DNA of 64,000 nt. It comes from Bigelowiella natans CCMP2755. Lineage: Eukaryota > Protista > Cercozoa. Positions 24,431-39,632 of the stretch are shown piece by piece. The notes beneath the pieces were generated by a model, which ran no database searches, was not told where the DNA came from, and worked only from the letters and a program-made list of their open reading frames with translations. The translations under genes were made by a program, and so were the position numbers. The stretch covers positions 15,730-79,729 of the forward strand of contig ADNK01001892.1 of assembly GCA_000320545.1 (NCBI GenBank). The letters are read 5' to 3'. Position 1 is the first letter of the stretch. Every line of letters begins with the position of its first letter.

Positions 24431-27400
24431 TACACAGCCAATAAAGAGAGAAAACATATTTATAGTCGTCTTTGTGGTAAATGCCGTATGAAAGAAGAAG
24501 AGGGAGGAAAAAAAGAAACAGACCGATGAATTAAAATGTAAATGCTTTGGTTTTTAATATTATCAATTCAGGATCCACTATTTTCCCTGCTCTATTGCAA
24601 CTATTCCTTTCCGGAAGTAGTAGCAGCAGCGACATCATAATCATCACTACAACTGGTTTTAATGAATTGCGGAGAGTCTTATGGGTGTCATCAGTTATTG
24701 GATCACAGGCATTCATGCTGCATATGTTTGCTGTTTCTGGATTTTCTCGGAGTTTTTCTAGGGGAGAATTGGAATTGTAATGACATATTAGTGATAGTGA
24801 TAAAGTCATCAAGATAGCGATCATAGAATACTAGTACTTTGAGGGTGGCATTCGCATCAATTCCATCACCCTTTCCAGGGAGATTGATTCTACCCGTATC
24901 TCCATCAATTATGCTTTGTTGCTAGAAACCATGCATCCATTTAATTTCTACCTTTTTATTCATCTTTGGCGTAATCTTTACTCAATTTCTTCAACAGATA
25001 ACGATATGAATATAGAATCATCTCAACATCAAGCTAATCAAATTCCCCCTTTGTATCAGAACCTCGGTGTTGCTGTCTCTGCCAATGGCAAACAGCGTTA
25101 TGAGGCTTTTATTGAGACTGCTCCTTCTAATGCAGCCAATACAGCAAGAAGAAGAGTGGAAAGGGATGAATGATGAAGGAGGAAGCTGCTATCTTATTAT
25201 TTGGTTTCATTAAATTTACTAGTGAAGGAAGATAGTTATCAAAATATTAAAAATAATAAATAGTAGTGGTATAACGAGTTCTTCTAAATGCACAACAAAC
25301 GTACAAGCATATGATACTAATAATTCGTCTTTCAAAAATGGAAGGAACTCACAAATTTAGTTAACTCTTGCTCACATAATTTATTCGTCTAGCTTTTATG
25401 GATTCTTATGATTACCAATTTATGGTTGTGCTTGATTGGTATCCAATTATAATTTATCTACAACACAAATAGTGTATTTGTGGTCTTATATTTTCCCAGT
25501 TGTTCTTCTTCATCTGTATCTGGAGAATTCGCTCTTATTTGTGAGGCTGCTATTGTTGGTGAGTGGCCGAAAAAGAAAAAAGGGGAAATCGATCAAATTT
25601 GAGCACTGCTTGTTATGTAGAGTTTGCATTAATATTCGCAGAATTGTGCAATATTATCGAGGACATTATTTATGCATACAATTAAAAGGAACTTAAATTA
25701 TTCTATTATTATTGCTTGCAACATCAGGAATGCTTCTCTCGATAGTTTTGAGTGCTCAATTTCTCAGAAATTCAAGAAGTATGGTATTAAAAGAAAGAAA
25801 AGGTGAAGCATCTAAAACAATAGCAAGAAAATGATAAGTGACAATACAGGAGCCTTAAATTTCTTCGTATTTCCATACATCAGTATCAATTTCTACTATA
25901 GTTCGTGCCTCTACGTCAAAAGGTTTATGTCATGCTGACGAGCACAGAAAGAAGTCAATCATAGCTACCGGAGTACTCACTTCATCCTTTTTATCTACGG
26001 GGTAGTATCTGGAGCTAAAATTTATATGTCTCAAAATATTGGGGAAAAATTAAATGAATTTTTCCCCTACAATGATTAAATTGATAGCTGTCACAGTCTA
26101 AGTTATCGGCCTACTTGAACTAGTTGTAATAGTAGTTGTGAACAAAACTAGTATAGTGTAAATAGAAGAATAATGTAACCTTTTTGAAAACGTTTGTATT
26201 TCTGTTATAATTTGATTTTTACTAGGTACTTTCTAGCATACTTCTACATCAATAGAAATCCAATATCATGGTTGTTGAAGGTATATGAAAAAATACCGAT
26301 GTAGTAGAAATAGGGAAAAAAGTTGAAATACTGTGTTCTGAGTTGTTTCTTTTTGCATTTTGTAGCTTTTACAGCCCCCTTTCTGGATCATGGCTATTAT
26401 ACTAGATTTATTACCTTTCTCTTCGGATGTTCTGGGTAACAAGAACGATATTAATGGCAGTAGCGAGACGGCAACTCTTCCGGCATCATCTTCGGTGGAA
26501 TTGAATGGAAAAGAAAACCCAACCAACGCAAAATTCACTCCATTCTTTATTGTAAGAATATTATTTTATTGATTCTTCTATCAAAATTACTAACATATTA
26601 TCCATGATTGTGATACTGGAAAGGTCATTTACTGGTTTATAGTTCTTATTCCGGGAATAATATTTTCGCCTACACCTAGCAATTACAACGGCCAGAGTAG
26701 ATACCAGAAGTCTTATTCTTCACCTACCACTAATATTTCCACCGTTGAGATAAAAAAGAAAAGAAAACAAGGCAACGAAGTGAAGGAACGACATTTCCAT
26801 AGCTTATTGAAACAGAATAAAGTAGATTCTGCATCATCTTCTTTGATATTTTCATTATTTTCTTTCTACAAATGGAATGAGGCGACAATATCAACGATAA
26901 CAGCACGCAAGGTATAATAAACATTGTTGGCAAGATAACATTTTGCCACCAATTCAACATGATAATATCATTATTTTACAATATTTTCTTATATTTTTTT
27001 GTTAATTTTATTCCAAAAAAATTCTTTGCTCCGTCTGATTGATTTATGTTGTCTTTATTTATTCTGGCACTTTAAATTTCGAAGTGGTACCATTTCCTTG
27101 CTGCTATAGCTTTCACACCCTGCATTGCATTAAATCCGGAATTCATGGCCTTTGCGTTTATTGGGGTATTGTAGAATAATTATAGATTGCAATGATAATG
27201 ATTTCAATTAATTATACTTTCAATTTAAAAAGACACAATATTTTAAATATCTTTAGCTATTAGTATATTACTGAGCTATTACACAATTTTTTCAATATAA
27301 TCCTCTCATTTAACAAAGAGTAGCCGTTATATTCCTATCAACTGAATATATATTTTACTCTTCAGACATAATATTATAAAATTTAGGCATTATCACTATT

Positions 27401-27527
27401 CGTAATTGTAGAAGCATTACGCGTAGGGTAAATTTTTTTGGATAAATTGCAGATGATGAACCAACTTATGATACATGTATGTACATAAATACATATTTAT
27501 ATTTATATTTATATTAATATGGTTGTG

Positions 27528-27568
<41 letters not shown>

Positions 27569-28541
27569 ATTAATATATTCAAAACTAATTTAATTTCAAA
27601 ATTAATCATGAAACTGTTGAGTATTTTAATGCCATTCATATTGAGTGAGATCAAAATAATATTCAGAAATTTTTGAAATTTAATAAAGATGACAATACGT
27701 TTGTTGTGTTGAGTGTGTAAATAATGCTTTCATATATATTCTTAAAATCCTAAATTTCAGTCTTAAACACTTGCTACTTTCACCAATTTCAGGAGGATAT
27801 ATCGTTTCTACAGTTTAATCTCTTCGTTATTTGACCGGTAATAAATCTGGCATGTAGGAGGAATGTAGCAAAATTCGAAAAATACATACTATAATAATGA
27901 TTTCTTTCATCCATGAAGCTTGATTCGGAAATGATTGAAGGAAAAAAAGTTAATAATTAAAATTTTGACTATATTAGATATCTGGACAGTAGAGATGAAG
28001 GCCCTTTGATCATGTCGCATATATATCTTCTCCTTGGCTGCGCGTTGCCTGTTTTCTTGTATTTGCTCATGGACCATTATAGATCTCCGCTGGAAAGCAA
28101 TCACATTTGTAAGCTAATTAGGATAATAACCAGATACTTTATAATCGCTAAAACCTTAAATATGATTAATAAAAGTACAACAATGAATATTTTGATGACT
28201 TTTTATAAAAACAAAAAGTAGAATACTATTAATTACACTTTTCAAGCTTCTGTTGTTGAAGGAATATAGTGGGAAAAATTCTTATTTAGCTACTTTTTTT
28301 AGGGTGGACCACGGGACTAACTGGGATAATTTCTCTTGGTGTAGGTGATGCCTTTGCGTCTATAGGTTGTTGATTTACCTATATTATGCTACACTAAATG
28401 AATTATAATTATAGAGGATGAAAGAATTGAATTTTAAAAAATAGAGTTGTAATCGTTTTGTTAGCATCATTATATACGAAATTATAATATTACTTATTTC
28501 ATCCAGAGAGAGATGTATAGAGAAAGACACACATACACACA

Positions 28542-28584
<43 letters not shown>

Positions 28585-28636
28585 AGAAGTAAGTAAGAAA
28601 GTGTTCTTTTATGTTTATATTTGGATCTCCTTCTCT

Positions 28637-28670
<34 letters not shown>

Positions 28671-29068
28671 TCTCTTTGTTTTCTATGCGTGAGTCTGTAA
28701 ATAATGAGAGTTTGTTTTTACAAAATTAGTTGGAGTAAGTTATGGTTGCCGATTTTTCCCTCAAATTCCGGGGACTCACAAATCATTTGAAGGAATGATA
28801 GGTAAAATATCTCATAATCTGGAAATCCCACAGCTTATTTTAAGAATTAAGTTTGTTAAGTTATGATAAAATCTAGAATATCAGAGAATAATGACACTTA
28901 TGTAAACAATATATTTGATTTCAATTATGTTCTTGAGTTATTCCAAACAACAAATATTTGTCTTGAAACAATAATTTTAATTTCTTAAATGTTTGTCTTA
29001 AAATAAGAATCTTAAAGTATTGTGCAACAGGAATGGGAACACAACACAGACATACATTTAGACACATG

Positions 29069-29121
<53 letters not shown>

Positions 29122-29370
29122 GTATTTAGTAATTAATTCGTTTATTTATTTATTTTGTTTGCAGCGGGCTATGGTTCGATGATTCTAACAATCACTTTTA
29201 TTTCGGGAATTACTTTGGATAAATTTTCCATCGAAATTGCTTTTGAGGCATGTCATTTGCATGCAATACCTGCTGCACTTTGTGCATCGTTAGAAGTGTG
29301 TACAGACCAGATGGATAACCTATTCCTGCCTACGTTCTATTTTGTTTGGCTAACTCTCTGTTTCTCGTAA
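23276..29370 (+). CDS. DOLK: Dolichol kinase (DOLK/SEC59, CTP-transferase family); multi-exon
   Basis: Starts MKTRGRRLLKAAERIIVLTT. Exons give YFPSC..SGEFAL, TITARK|WYHFLAAIAFTPCIALNPEF, FVIVEALRV, YLDSRDEGPLIMSHIYLLLGCALP, GIISLGVGDAFAS, PGTHKSFEG and SLEVCTDQMDNLFLP, with stop at 29370. Several exons at 23.9-26.4 kb were not fully resolved. Confidence 0.9.
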
Positions 29371-30046
29371 TGATGCGTTGAATTATAATATTAATCTTGA
29401 AATACATTTGCAAACTGTACAATATTCGCTCTGATTCTTATTATATTTGCACATCCAAGCGGTTAGTACATGTAGAAATTTTGCCGGTTTTCTTGCCGTC
29501 ATGTCATTGTGCATAGCAGTGAGTGCATGAAATTAATTGTGCACGTACAATCAGTGCCAGAGTGGTTCACAAGGGAGCAGCCTGTACGTAGCTAAACACA
29601 ACGTGCGCGTTTACGATATGCGTGCACCGCGTGCCGCAAATCGTCGCCACGCCGCCTGTTCCAAATATACGCAAGATCCATCGAAAAAATCAAAATTTAT
29701 AGTGATTGTCGTGCATGAAATTACACGCATGCATATGCGCGATCGATGCACACATAAACGTATCCGATCCAGCAATGTGTGTTACACGCATCACAGTCAT
29801 GCACCACACATGCGTTCGATCAATCCCTCAATACAAGGGCATACTGTCCACATATATATGTCCACATATTAATCGATGAATGACACGTATACTTGGCGCA
29901 TAGCAGCTGCAGACATGATGCGTTATTTGCCTACGTACGTGGGCACCTTTATTGTCAGTGCGTAATGCAATTTGAGCGCGGGTAACACACATGCAGTGCG
30001 CTAGCTAGTGCGTACGACACGGACACTTGTTGTTCATGGCAAACAT

Positions 30047-30091
<45 letters not shown>

Positions 30092-30229
30092 TAGCGTTGA
30101 TGCGTTGATTACGTGCTTGATTGAGACATTGGGTGCAATGCGCTGCAAATGCGACGAAGATTACGTACAATGTGAGCATCACAGTTATATATTCTTGCTA
30201 CACGTGCGTGGTAGTGGGGGCCAAGGATA

Positions 30230-31546
30230 TTAAACCATTGCTTTGACCAGTCCTTTTGGCAAATGTCTCATTTCGTCTGTTCCGGCATTACTTTTCCCCT
30301 CATCAATTTCCTCCATGAGAATATCCTGAGCTCTGTTATTTGCAGCCGTGCCACCAGGATTACTGGTTGCAGATTTCAAGAAGCCAGGACTACGAGCAGA
30401 TGTATTATTGGTGCTTGAAGAAGTTCCAAAGGATTTACTTTTTTTAATTCTGAAGGAGTCCCCACCTGCATGTGCAAGATATAGCAAGCATGCCTTTTGA
30501 CATCTTTGATGTGTATAATATCACACTTAAGTCAACATAATTCACAAACTTATATATGATGATATACCAGCATCATTCACTCTTACCTACCTACATCAGA
30601 CAACTTATGAACGGTTCTGGTTCTACTATGATGGCCTCTTGCTGACGCTTCTACTTTACACTCGACATCAACCCCTGTTTGTTGTTGGGTTATCCTTGAT
30701 CGTGCACCGTTTGAAAAATAGATGTTGCTTGTTCCCCCCCTAGGAATATTGCTACCTACAGCCTTTTGGGAAATATTATCAATAGGAAGAAAAGGACAAT
30801 ACATGGGAAAAACAAAACAAGTCAATGAAGGAAACAAAAAGACAAAGTTAGGTCCAATATTTTATTCGTTTACATAAACAACATTAAATCATAAAAATAA
30901 TAATATTAATTTGTATATATTCATGGAACCCCGCCTCCTCCGTAAGACGTGTGCCGACTGCTGTGTTTTGAATTCTCTCCATATCCAAATAGAGCGACAT
31001 TCAGTCTCCACTAAAAATAATCATGATATATTAAAGTCAATTTGAATTGATTTCTTAATATCCATTATGTTGACACATAACTTTATGCTAAATTCAAAAT
31101 ACAAAATATCACGCTATGCGTTGTGATCAATAATTCAGCTTTATTTGTTTGATTGTGGATCCTATACAATCAGAATAGGAAAATCAGGGATAATAGGACT
31201 AATAGGCCCTTCTTTGTACGATTTGCTGGTAACTTAGGAAAGAATACTAATATGTAGAACAAGGAGTCTCTAACTTAATAACAACTTGCCTTTGTATCTT
31301 ATCTTATATATGTATTTTTGTTATTATTACCCCGAACATTGTAATCAGCACGATAATAGGAACAAGGCACAAGAACATAGCTATTATCTGTTGTTTAGTG
31401 TGGAAGAAGTGGAGTGTGTATGTGCATGTGTGTGTGCCTCCTATCGAAGCATTAGAATAAGAAGAAGAATAGAGTGATGATAACCTAGTTAGTCCTTCTG
31501 TTGGTTGCTGTTGTCACTTGATGTATATTACTACGTAATGTTTCTA

Positions 31547-31578
<32 letters not shown>

Positions 31579-33251
31579 TTGCCTAATGCTATTACTACTT
31601 ACAAGGTATTCAACTTCAAATTCATTTCTTGAGTGTTCCCAAAAGATGAGGCTGACACCTACAGCACCTCCAACTATCATCACATATAGAGCCATAGCAA
31701 GTTCTTTTGCTTCATTGAATTGCTCAGGAGCCTAATATGTAAAAGGGCATTACTAGTTACCTATTACATACGATCAGTACTTGGTAATAACAATATTAGT
31801 TGCAATAACAATATGTTTGGTTCTGTGTATGAAATTCCGTCAAATCATCATCATATCATCATCATCATCATCATCATATCATCATGAACAACAACAACAA
31901 CAACATCCGTTTGTTGTCAAAATGAACAGTAGTTTTGGTTGCAGCATCGTTGTTTTTCTACATACATACACTTGGACTACTACAGCTAGTGATCATGCTG
32001 AAGATTGGTTGCAGATACGAGTTGACATTATTCATAAGAGAAGTTACATCATCTCTCACCTCTCTGGCGTCATATGCCAATTTAGTCATCCCTAGCAAGA
32101 TTACCTGCAATATTTGATGACGACGAAGAGAAGAGAAGAAAGTAAAAAAGTGACAAGAATAAACAAGAGAAGGAGAAAACAAATAAAGATGGATGATACA
32201 TATAATATTACCCCAAACGTTGATATCAATACTGTAAGAGCAGCGGGGTGGACCTCACAATGGTGGTAGCTGGAGAAGGAGGAGGCAAAGAAGATGGAAA
32301 TAGGAGAATAATGACAAGAAACAATGTTCTCCTATTATTGATCAGCCACTTGAGATATGTATAAACTTTGATTCTCAGAAAAATCGTAATAATACCGCAG
32401 CATTAGGATAGTGACAGTAGATGTAGTTATTATAGAAATAAGAAACATATCTTCAATTTAAAAATCAAAAGAAGCATCATGCCTTTGTCACACCAACAAT
32501 TCGCAACAAGAACTATTTATTGTCATCATCATCATCATCATCGTCATCATCATCATCATTTTTACGTCGTACGTTGTAATAACGTTTTCTACGGTTACAA
32601 TAGTTTCTTGATATTGTGGTGGCTCAGCAACTAAGACACACATGGAAGAAGACTATGATGATGATGATGATGATGATGATAAGTTAAAGCCCTCTTCCGT
32701 TATGAATCAATCATAAAGTCGTCTTCTTTCTTTCTACTACAAGTATCTTCTATGATTAAAAGAATCAATCAAAACTATATTTTTTATTTAGGAGGTAGTA
32801 GCATAAAGGTTGGAAGTTTCCTCTCACATAGCATCAGCAATTCAACTGTATACATGTGTGTGTATATAAATATCTTCGCAGTATGATCATTCTCGATCAC
32901 CAGTAATAGAAACTAAGACAATCAAGACAATAACAACCTGGAACATCAACAATGACAACAACAACAACAACAGCAATATATTTAAGCATTGAGACAATGA
33001 TTATTGCCTAATTATTTTCAAATCTGATGTGTGATGCTGGTGCTTAATCCCCTTTGCCTTTTCTCAATGTCCCTGTCATCATCATCATCATCATCATTGC
33101 TGTTTAATTAGTACTCTGGCGCTGTATTTTTATTCTAATACACTAGCTAACTACTATTTGTTACTACAGGTATAATTGCATAACGGATCAGCCTAAAGTC
33201 CGTTAGTAGGGCAGCGCTCATCGACTAAACAACATTCAATAATAGATACAA

Positions 33252-33287
<36 letters not shown>

Positions 33288-34706
33288 GAGATTTGTAATT
33301 ATAATAAGTGCTATGTGTATATTATTAACTACTAGAAAATAGTCTCTTTCCTACCTAGATCAGCATTGATATCCTACTCTAACTACCACTACTACTAACT
33401 ACGATTACTAATAAAGGTGCTGCTTGCAAGTATGGAAACACCAGGTACAATGTTTAAAAAAGTTACAAAAGATGTTTCGAAAGGCTACTTCTAGGGAGGA
33501 AATACTTGAAAGCAGGGTTCCCATTAATAAATTCTATACAGATCAGTATGCTTGATCTATGGTACTACTTACCCCTTGATTAAAGAATATCTGGTATATA
33601 CGGTAGGTCTTTGCACCAAGAGCACCAAGAGCAATAACGAAACCTTCATTGGTTTTATTAAAGGAAGAAATTGGAAGTAACGACGGTGCAAATACTACTG
33701 ATCATAGCGATGTCTAAGATGATGATGATGATGATGATGATGATGATACATTCTGAAGTAGTAACCAATACAATGTAGTACACCATCATTTCAGATGATC
33801 CTGATAAAATCGTATATTTATTCACAAAAAGGAGGAGAGGAGGAGGAGGAGAAGAAGGTTCTTTGCCATTCACTTGTTTGTTCTCCGTTTGGTTGTTTGA
33901 CGTTATTCATTTTTACCAATCGATGGAACCCATAGCTGTGCCGTACATAGAGAATCTGTAATGTTATTTCCTCCTCCCATAATTATGTTGGCACCTAGTA
34001 GCATAGATCATATTGACATGACGCTATAACTACCACGAATTTTGCATCAACACTGAATATAGTACTATATGGATAGAATAGTCATCATAATTTGTTTCAC
34101 TACTTCTACTACATACGCACTCGAGATGACAAGCATGCAGCCAAGAACGAAAAGAATGGAATAGCTCATTGATATAGCTTTGATCTGAAATGATGAACAT
34201 TACATAAAACCACCGTTAAATCAATCAATATATGATGAAGAAAACGTAATCAAGGAAAGCAGTTATTTGTAGAATAAACAATGAAAGAATTTAAAGTAGT
34301 AATATGCTGGTATGCGAGAGATTTCTTGTGATATAAGGATGCTGCTGACCATTTGATGCTCTCTCTTCAAAACAAGGAGAGCACAAATTCCAGTAGAAAT
34401 AAAAAGGCCTGAAATAGCACGTATTCCCACCGTAACCCCCCAGCATACACAAATAAACGAACACATATATATATATCTTCAGAAACAACTTATTGAAATA
34501 ATGTTAGATTATGTTTAATATAGCTATGCACGCATATCATATATCGTCACCGTATCAACCTCTAGTCTGTATAGAAGAATATGATATCAAAGGGGTGTTT
34601 AGTGATGTTCTATTACAAATCGTAGAAAGAATAGCAATTCCTAGCCGATTTGATGCCGAGACATACCAGTCTTTGTACTCTGGAGCCTAATACGGTGCAT
34701 ATTATC

Positions 34707-34746
<40 letters not shown>

Positions 34747-36188
34747 TATATATAGATATAAATATATACATGGAGCTGACATCATACGTGATGTGAGATG
34801 TAATACTGCCAGAAATACAAATATAGCAAGCATAATGCTGATGCTTCGTCCAAAATAGCAGGTAAAGATGCTACTGCTACTACCACCTGGAAAGTGTTAG
34901 ATATCCAATTTGGCCATGTTGTTGTTTTAGTCCCTGAATCAGTAGTGGTAGTGATCAGTAGTACATATTTATAACTGTAACTATCGGAACGAAGAAGGAG
35001 AAGGTTGATAGTATTGGTGTGAGCATTGTATAACATATATATATATATATATATATATATTGATACATATTATACTAAAGGTTTTTACAACAATAAAACA
35101 ATAAATACAACAACAATAAAAGGTACTTCTATTCCAATGTACTTAAGATAACGTTAGTTATTATGATAATATGCAACAACAACACTGTATTATTATTGTT
35201 ATCTATCTAAGGTATTGGTACATTACTTACCTATCCATTGACACGCAATGTCGTACATGTCTAATGACGAATTGCTTGCTTTTTGCAGCAAATCATCCTT
35301 CAACACAACACCGCATAGTAAAAATTATGTGAAGCTGAATCAAATTAAATTTGCTATAATTTCTATTTATGATAATTATTGTCAGTCAAGATCCGCAATC
35401 TTCACCGTGTTCAATTTGAATGATGAAGAGAATTATGACTAACGTGCATTTACAGTATTGGTAGTAGTAGTTGTTGTTGTTGTAGTAGTAGTACCATCTC
35501 GCTTTGGAGAATGTTCAATCGACGAAGAAACGAGCCTTGGAAGAAGGACCATTATTCAACCATGTTGATGATAGAGGAAAATAATAAATTTAAGAAATAA
35601 AGAGAAAATAAATAGCATATATACTGGAGAGGAAGGTCAAATTTCCCCAAGAAAAAGGAATATATAATGAAGCTATTTATTGTAAATATACACAGGATAT
35701 CTACATAAGATATCTACACAGGACATACACAATTTTCGCCTATAACACATAGCAGCAAAGCAGTTGTTAAAAAATAGCTTTGTACTATTTGTTGTAGTCT
35801 TAGTGTACTACATGTAGTAGTAGTAATAGTAGTAGTAGTAGTAGTAGTAGTACCAAAATCATGGTATGGAGAGGATGAGGAAGAGGGCATGACCCTGTAG
35901 TTAGAAGTCGTCAATATTGAGAAATTAGGAGATATTGATCATGATGATTATGATGATTATGATGATGAGAGAATATTAGTAGCTTTGAAGAAATCCAGCA
36001 AATTGTTATCAAGAGCAGACAAGAAGGATGTAACGTAATAGATTGTCACATGTACTAGTCATTGTTAGAGAGTCGTCGTCATTATGATTCAAGTTGGAGA
36101 TAGTACTTCAATCAATGCATTATCATATATTGTTTCACGCAGAAGATGAGAGACACAATTTTTGTTCTTAGCCATTGTGACAATATTA

Positions 36189-36224
<36 letters not shown>

Positions 36225-36593
36225 TGGTTGATGTATACAAGAAGTAGTTTATATGTACTGTACTATCATTATTATATTTCCCCAATGTCAGTCAGTCATC
36301 ACAAACAACAGCACATATATAACAATCGTGATACACATTGCAACCCTACTACTACTAGTGAACAACATCGTCGTTATGTCTTCATTTTGTGGTCATACTT
36401 TGGAGAAGCAACTTTTCGTAGAGAAATCTGTGGGTAATCACAATCTACACTTCCATCTCCAGCGAGAGAGTTTGTACTAAGAAGTAGAACCAAAGAACAT
36501 ATCAATTTTAAAACATTTTGCTACCATCCTCTTTCTTTTCTTTCACTACTGAGTTAACTTAAAGCAGCACTTATTAAAATCTATATATCTTCA

Positions 36594-36634
<41 letters not shown>

Positions 36635-39208
36635 TCTTCATAGAACGATGAGAGCATTTAGAAGCAAACAATGAGACTACTAATACACACAAGGTTGATT
36701 TAGTTGATCTTACTTATTGCTGTAGCACATTTGGGTGTATGGTGGTAGTGATAACCGACTCAGCTGTTCATTCAATGGTAATTGTGATGGTGGCGGTGAA
36801 GGTTATGGGGGGGAAAAGAACAATGTAGATAATCAAACGATGATACTAATAGAGACATATAATATTTCTCTTAAGGTAAGTTTGAGGCTCAACAACTAGC
36901 AAGCTTTATCGATTGCACTTAATTAAAGTAAAGATGTAGGAAGAATGCAAAGGTAACCAATAATATTTGTTATTGATAGGGATAATACAGCACGTAGTAG
37001 TACCGAATTAGCTGATATAAACTTTGTAGGCGCCCAGTACTTGAAGATGAATGTTTCATTTTTTGCTAGCTTACGACTCACATATGTTTCCTTATTTATT
37101 TTACCATTATAGGATAGAAAAGGAGGAGGAGAAAAAATAGGAAGAAGAGGTGGGGGAAGGGAAACAAACAACAAATATGAGTATCATGAATTGTTCCCGG
37201 CTGCTTCAGGATATGATGATAACTGTTACTACTACTACTACGCACTCATGGCACAGCAGGGTCTCCGATGCTTCTTCATGTTTGCTACTTCTCACAAGTG
37301 TTTTGTTGTTAGTCACAATTAGCATAGAATGCTGGTGCTATATCATCAACACCGTCGTCTTAACTATCATCACAATCATGATCATCATCATGACACAAAG
37401 CCGAACTATCATTATTAAATTCATCGTCATCATCATCATAGTACCAAGCCAGAGATTCCCCAGTAGGAAACCGTTAAGTTCAGTCCTCGATTTACGATAA
37501 CCTTGATGATGATGATAATCAATAAGATACAACATCAACAGTGAAAAGGAAGAAGAAGAAGAAGTAGAAAAAGAAGAAAAAGAAGTTCTTGTGCGAATAA
37601 TAAATCAGACTGCTCACTACTCCATCGATAGATAGTCCTTTATCGGTACTTTGTTGTTTAATTATTATCTCCGTTACTATTACCACTACTATTATTACTA
37701 CTACTACCACTACCCAATAATACTACTACTACCTGATGCAACTGCCCTTTGTCATACGTCTCAATCTCGGCCTACAACAACATACAAACAATCATAATAA
37801 TAGAAGCTTGGCGAGGACATAACGAGAATAGATCAAAGAACAACTTAAGAATTTCTTGTTCTTGTTCTTCTCTTCTTTATCTATAGTAATAGTATAAGGA
37901 AGATAATCCTCATGTTAATCAATATCTTTCAACAAATAATATCAATAATCCTCATGTTAATCAATATCTTTCAACAAATAATATCAATAATCCTCATGTT
38001 AATCAATATCTTTCAACAAATAATATCAAACGGAAACCTTGATATCGGCACAGTTACTTCCTGATCCTAATGGATTGAATGTGTTGTAGAAGTAAAGAAT
38101 GAGGATGTTATCACCACACAAACTAAAAGACCAACACAGTAATAGTAGTAGTAGTAGTATCAATGCACTAATGATTCATTATAATGGGTAGAGATAATAA
38201 CAATATTCTACACACGGATGATGATTATGCTTTGTGTGATATTATCTTCTGCTGTTGTACCCTAATCGTGTTTCATCATATTGTTACTATTGTTACTAGC
38301 ATTCGTGTATGCTTGTCGATGTTAGTACTACTAGTACTTCAATTACCATCTACGTTCCACGAGTTGCACCAAGGCGGGGTGAATCGATATCTTCATCAAC
38401 ATTGACACATAATAAGCAGCAGGGTATAATAAGCACAGCAATTACACTATCATCATCATTAAGGACTATTAGTCATCCTACTACTACTGCTTCAGCATCA
38501 TCAACATCATCATCATCATCATCATCATCTTCATCATCATGATCACTACCACCACCTCTACCACCCCATATCCACCTAATAGGAACTCTTACCTTTCAGA
38601 AAGTCCGTGAACAATATCGGTGTCATTTTGGGTAGCGTACAGCTGAATTACCTAGCTCAAGCACACAACAAGCAGACAGTAGGGATATGTTGTGATATCA
38701 TCAAAAACAGTCGGATGAATGTACAGCATCATCATTATGATCACCAACACCATAATCTATATGATTTAAGCTATTATTACTACTACTGCAACCTACATGG
38801 ATTGCTGATTCAACTTATGTATTTTAATTTACTTCAATTGAATACTTTGATGATTAGTGATAGCTTCTAATGCTACTACTACTTCTACAACTACTGTTAC
38901 TAATACTATTATACCTCAGGGATTTGTAAGCTCCTCCAAAAGTCACTGCTCTCCGCAACGAAGCTAGCATAATCCGCGTTCCTGGTAATAATACATAGAA
39001 ATACTGTAAATGTACTCTTTCAAAAGAGTAAGCTTCTCTTTTAAAATTTTCATTTTATTTAAGGTTCAAATACTGGTTTACATCTCATTTGACTATTGTA
39101 CTTCCAAACAGTTGCTAGGTTATACAATAATCAATTTTGTCAGCTCTATAATTCTTACTATCATCCCAATTCAGTGCGTAAGCAGCATATCCGCTACTAC
39201 TATGTATG

Positions 39209-39243
<35 letters not shown>

Positions 39244-39293
39244 CGTATGCATGCACTACTACTACTACCACTACTAGTGATGATAGGGCTGTT

Positions 39294-39330
<37 letters not shown>

Positions 39331-39409
39331 GACCCAAGTGATGATAGGGCTGTTTACTACTACTTCTACTACTACTACTACTACTGAACCAAGTGATGAT
39401 AGGGCTGTT

Positions 39410-39443
<34 letters not shown>

Positions 39444-39600
39444 GACCCAAGTGATGATAGGGCTGTTTTGTAGACGTCGGAGCTGTAAGTCGGCACATAT
39501 AGTCCTGATCGTCCTTGGTATCCCATAAACCTTTTATAATAGTTAGAGTATAGTGGTAACACGTTAAATAATCGTGAGGATGATCCTACATCATCGTTAC

Positions 39601-39632
<32 letters not shown>

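Noticed and set aside
26640-27060. Minus-strand ORF resembling a pentameric ligand-gated channel TM1 (NWWQNVILPTMFIIP)
   Set aside because: It has an in-frame stop and no usable acceptor. The plus strand here is an in-phase exon (26624-26911) of dolichol kinase leading into ARKWYHFL.
29470-30200. GC-richer, TGCA/CATG-containing stretch as a sixth island
   Set aside because: It contains many TA in unprotected contexts (e.g. ATTAAT, GTAC, ATAT), so it is not TA-erased; left as ordinary intergenic DNA.
39277-39468. CRISPR-like repeat-spacer appearance (also 21450-21773 and 22898-23109)
   Set aside because: The spacers are (ACT)n microsatellite or absent, the context is eukaryotic and intronic, and there are no cas genes.
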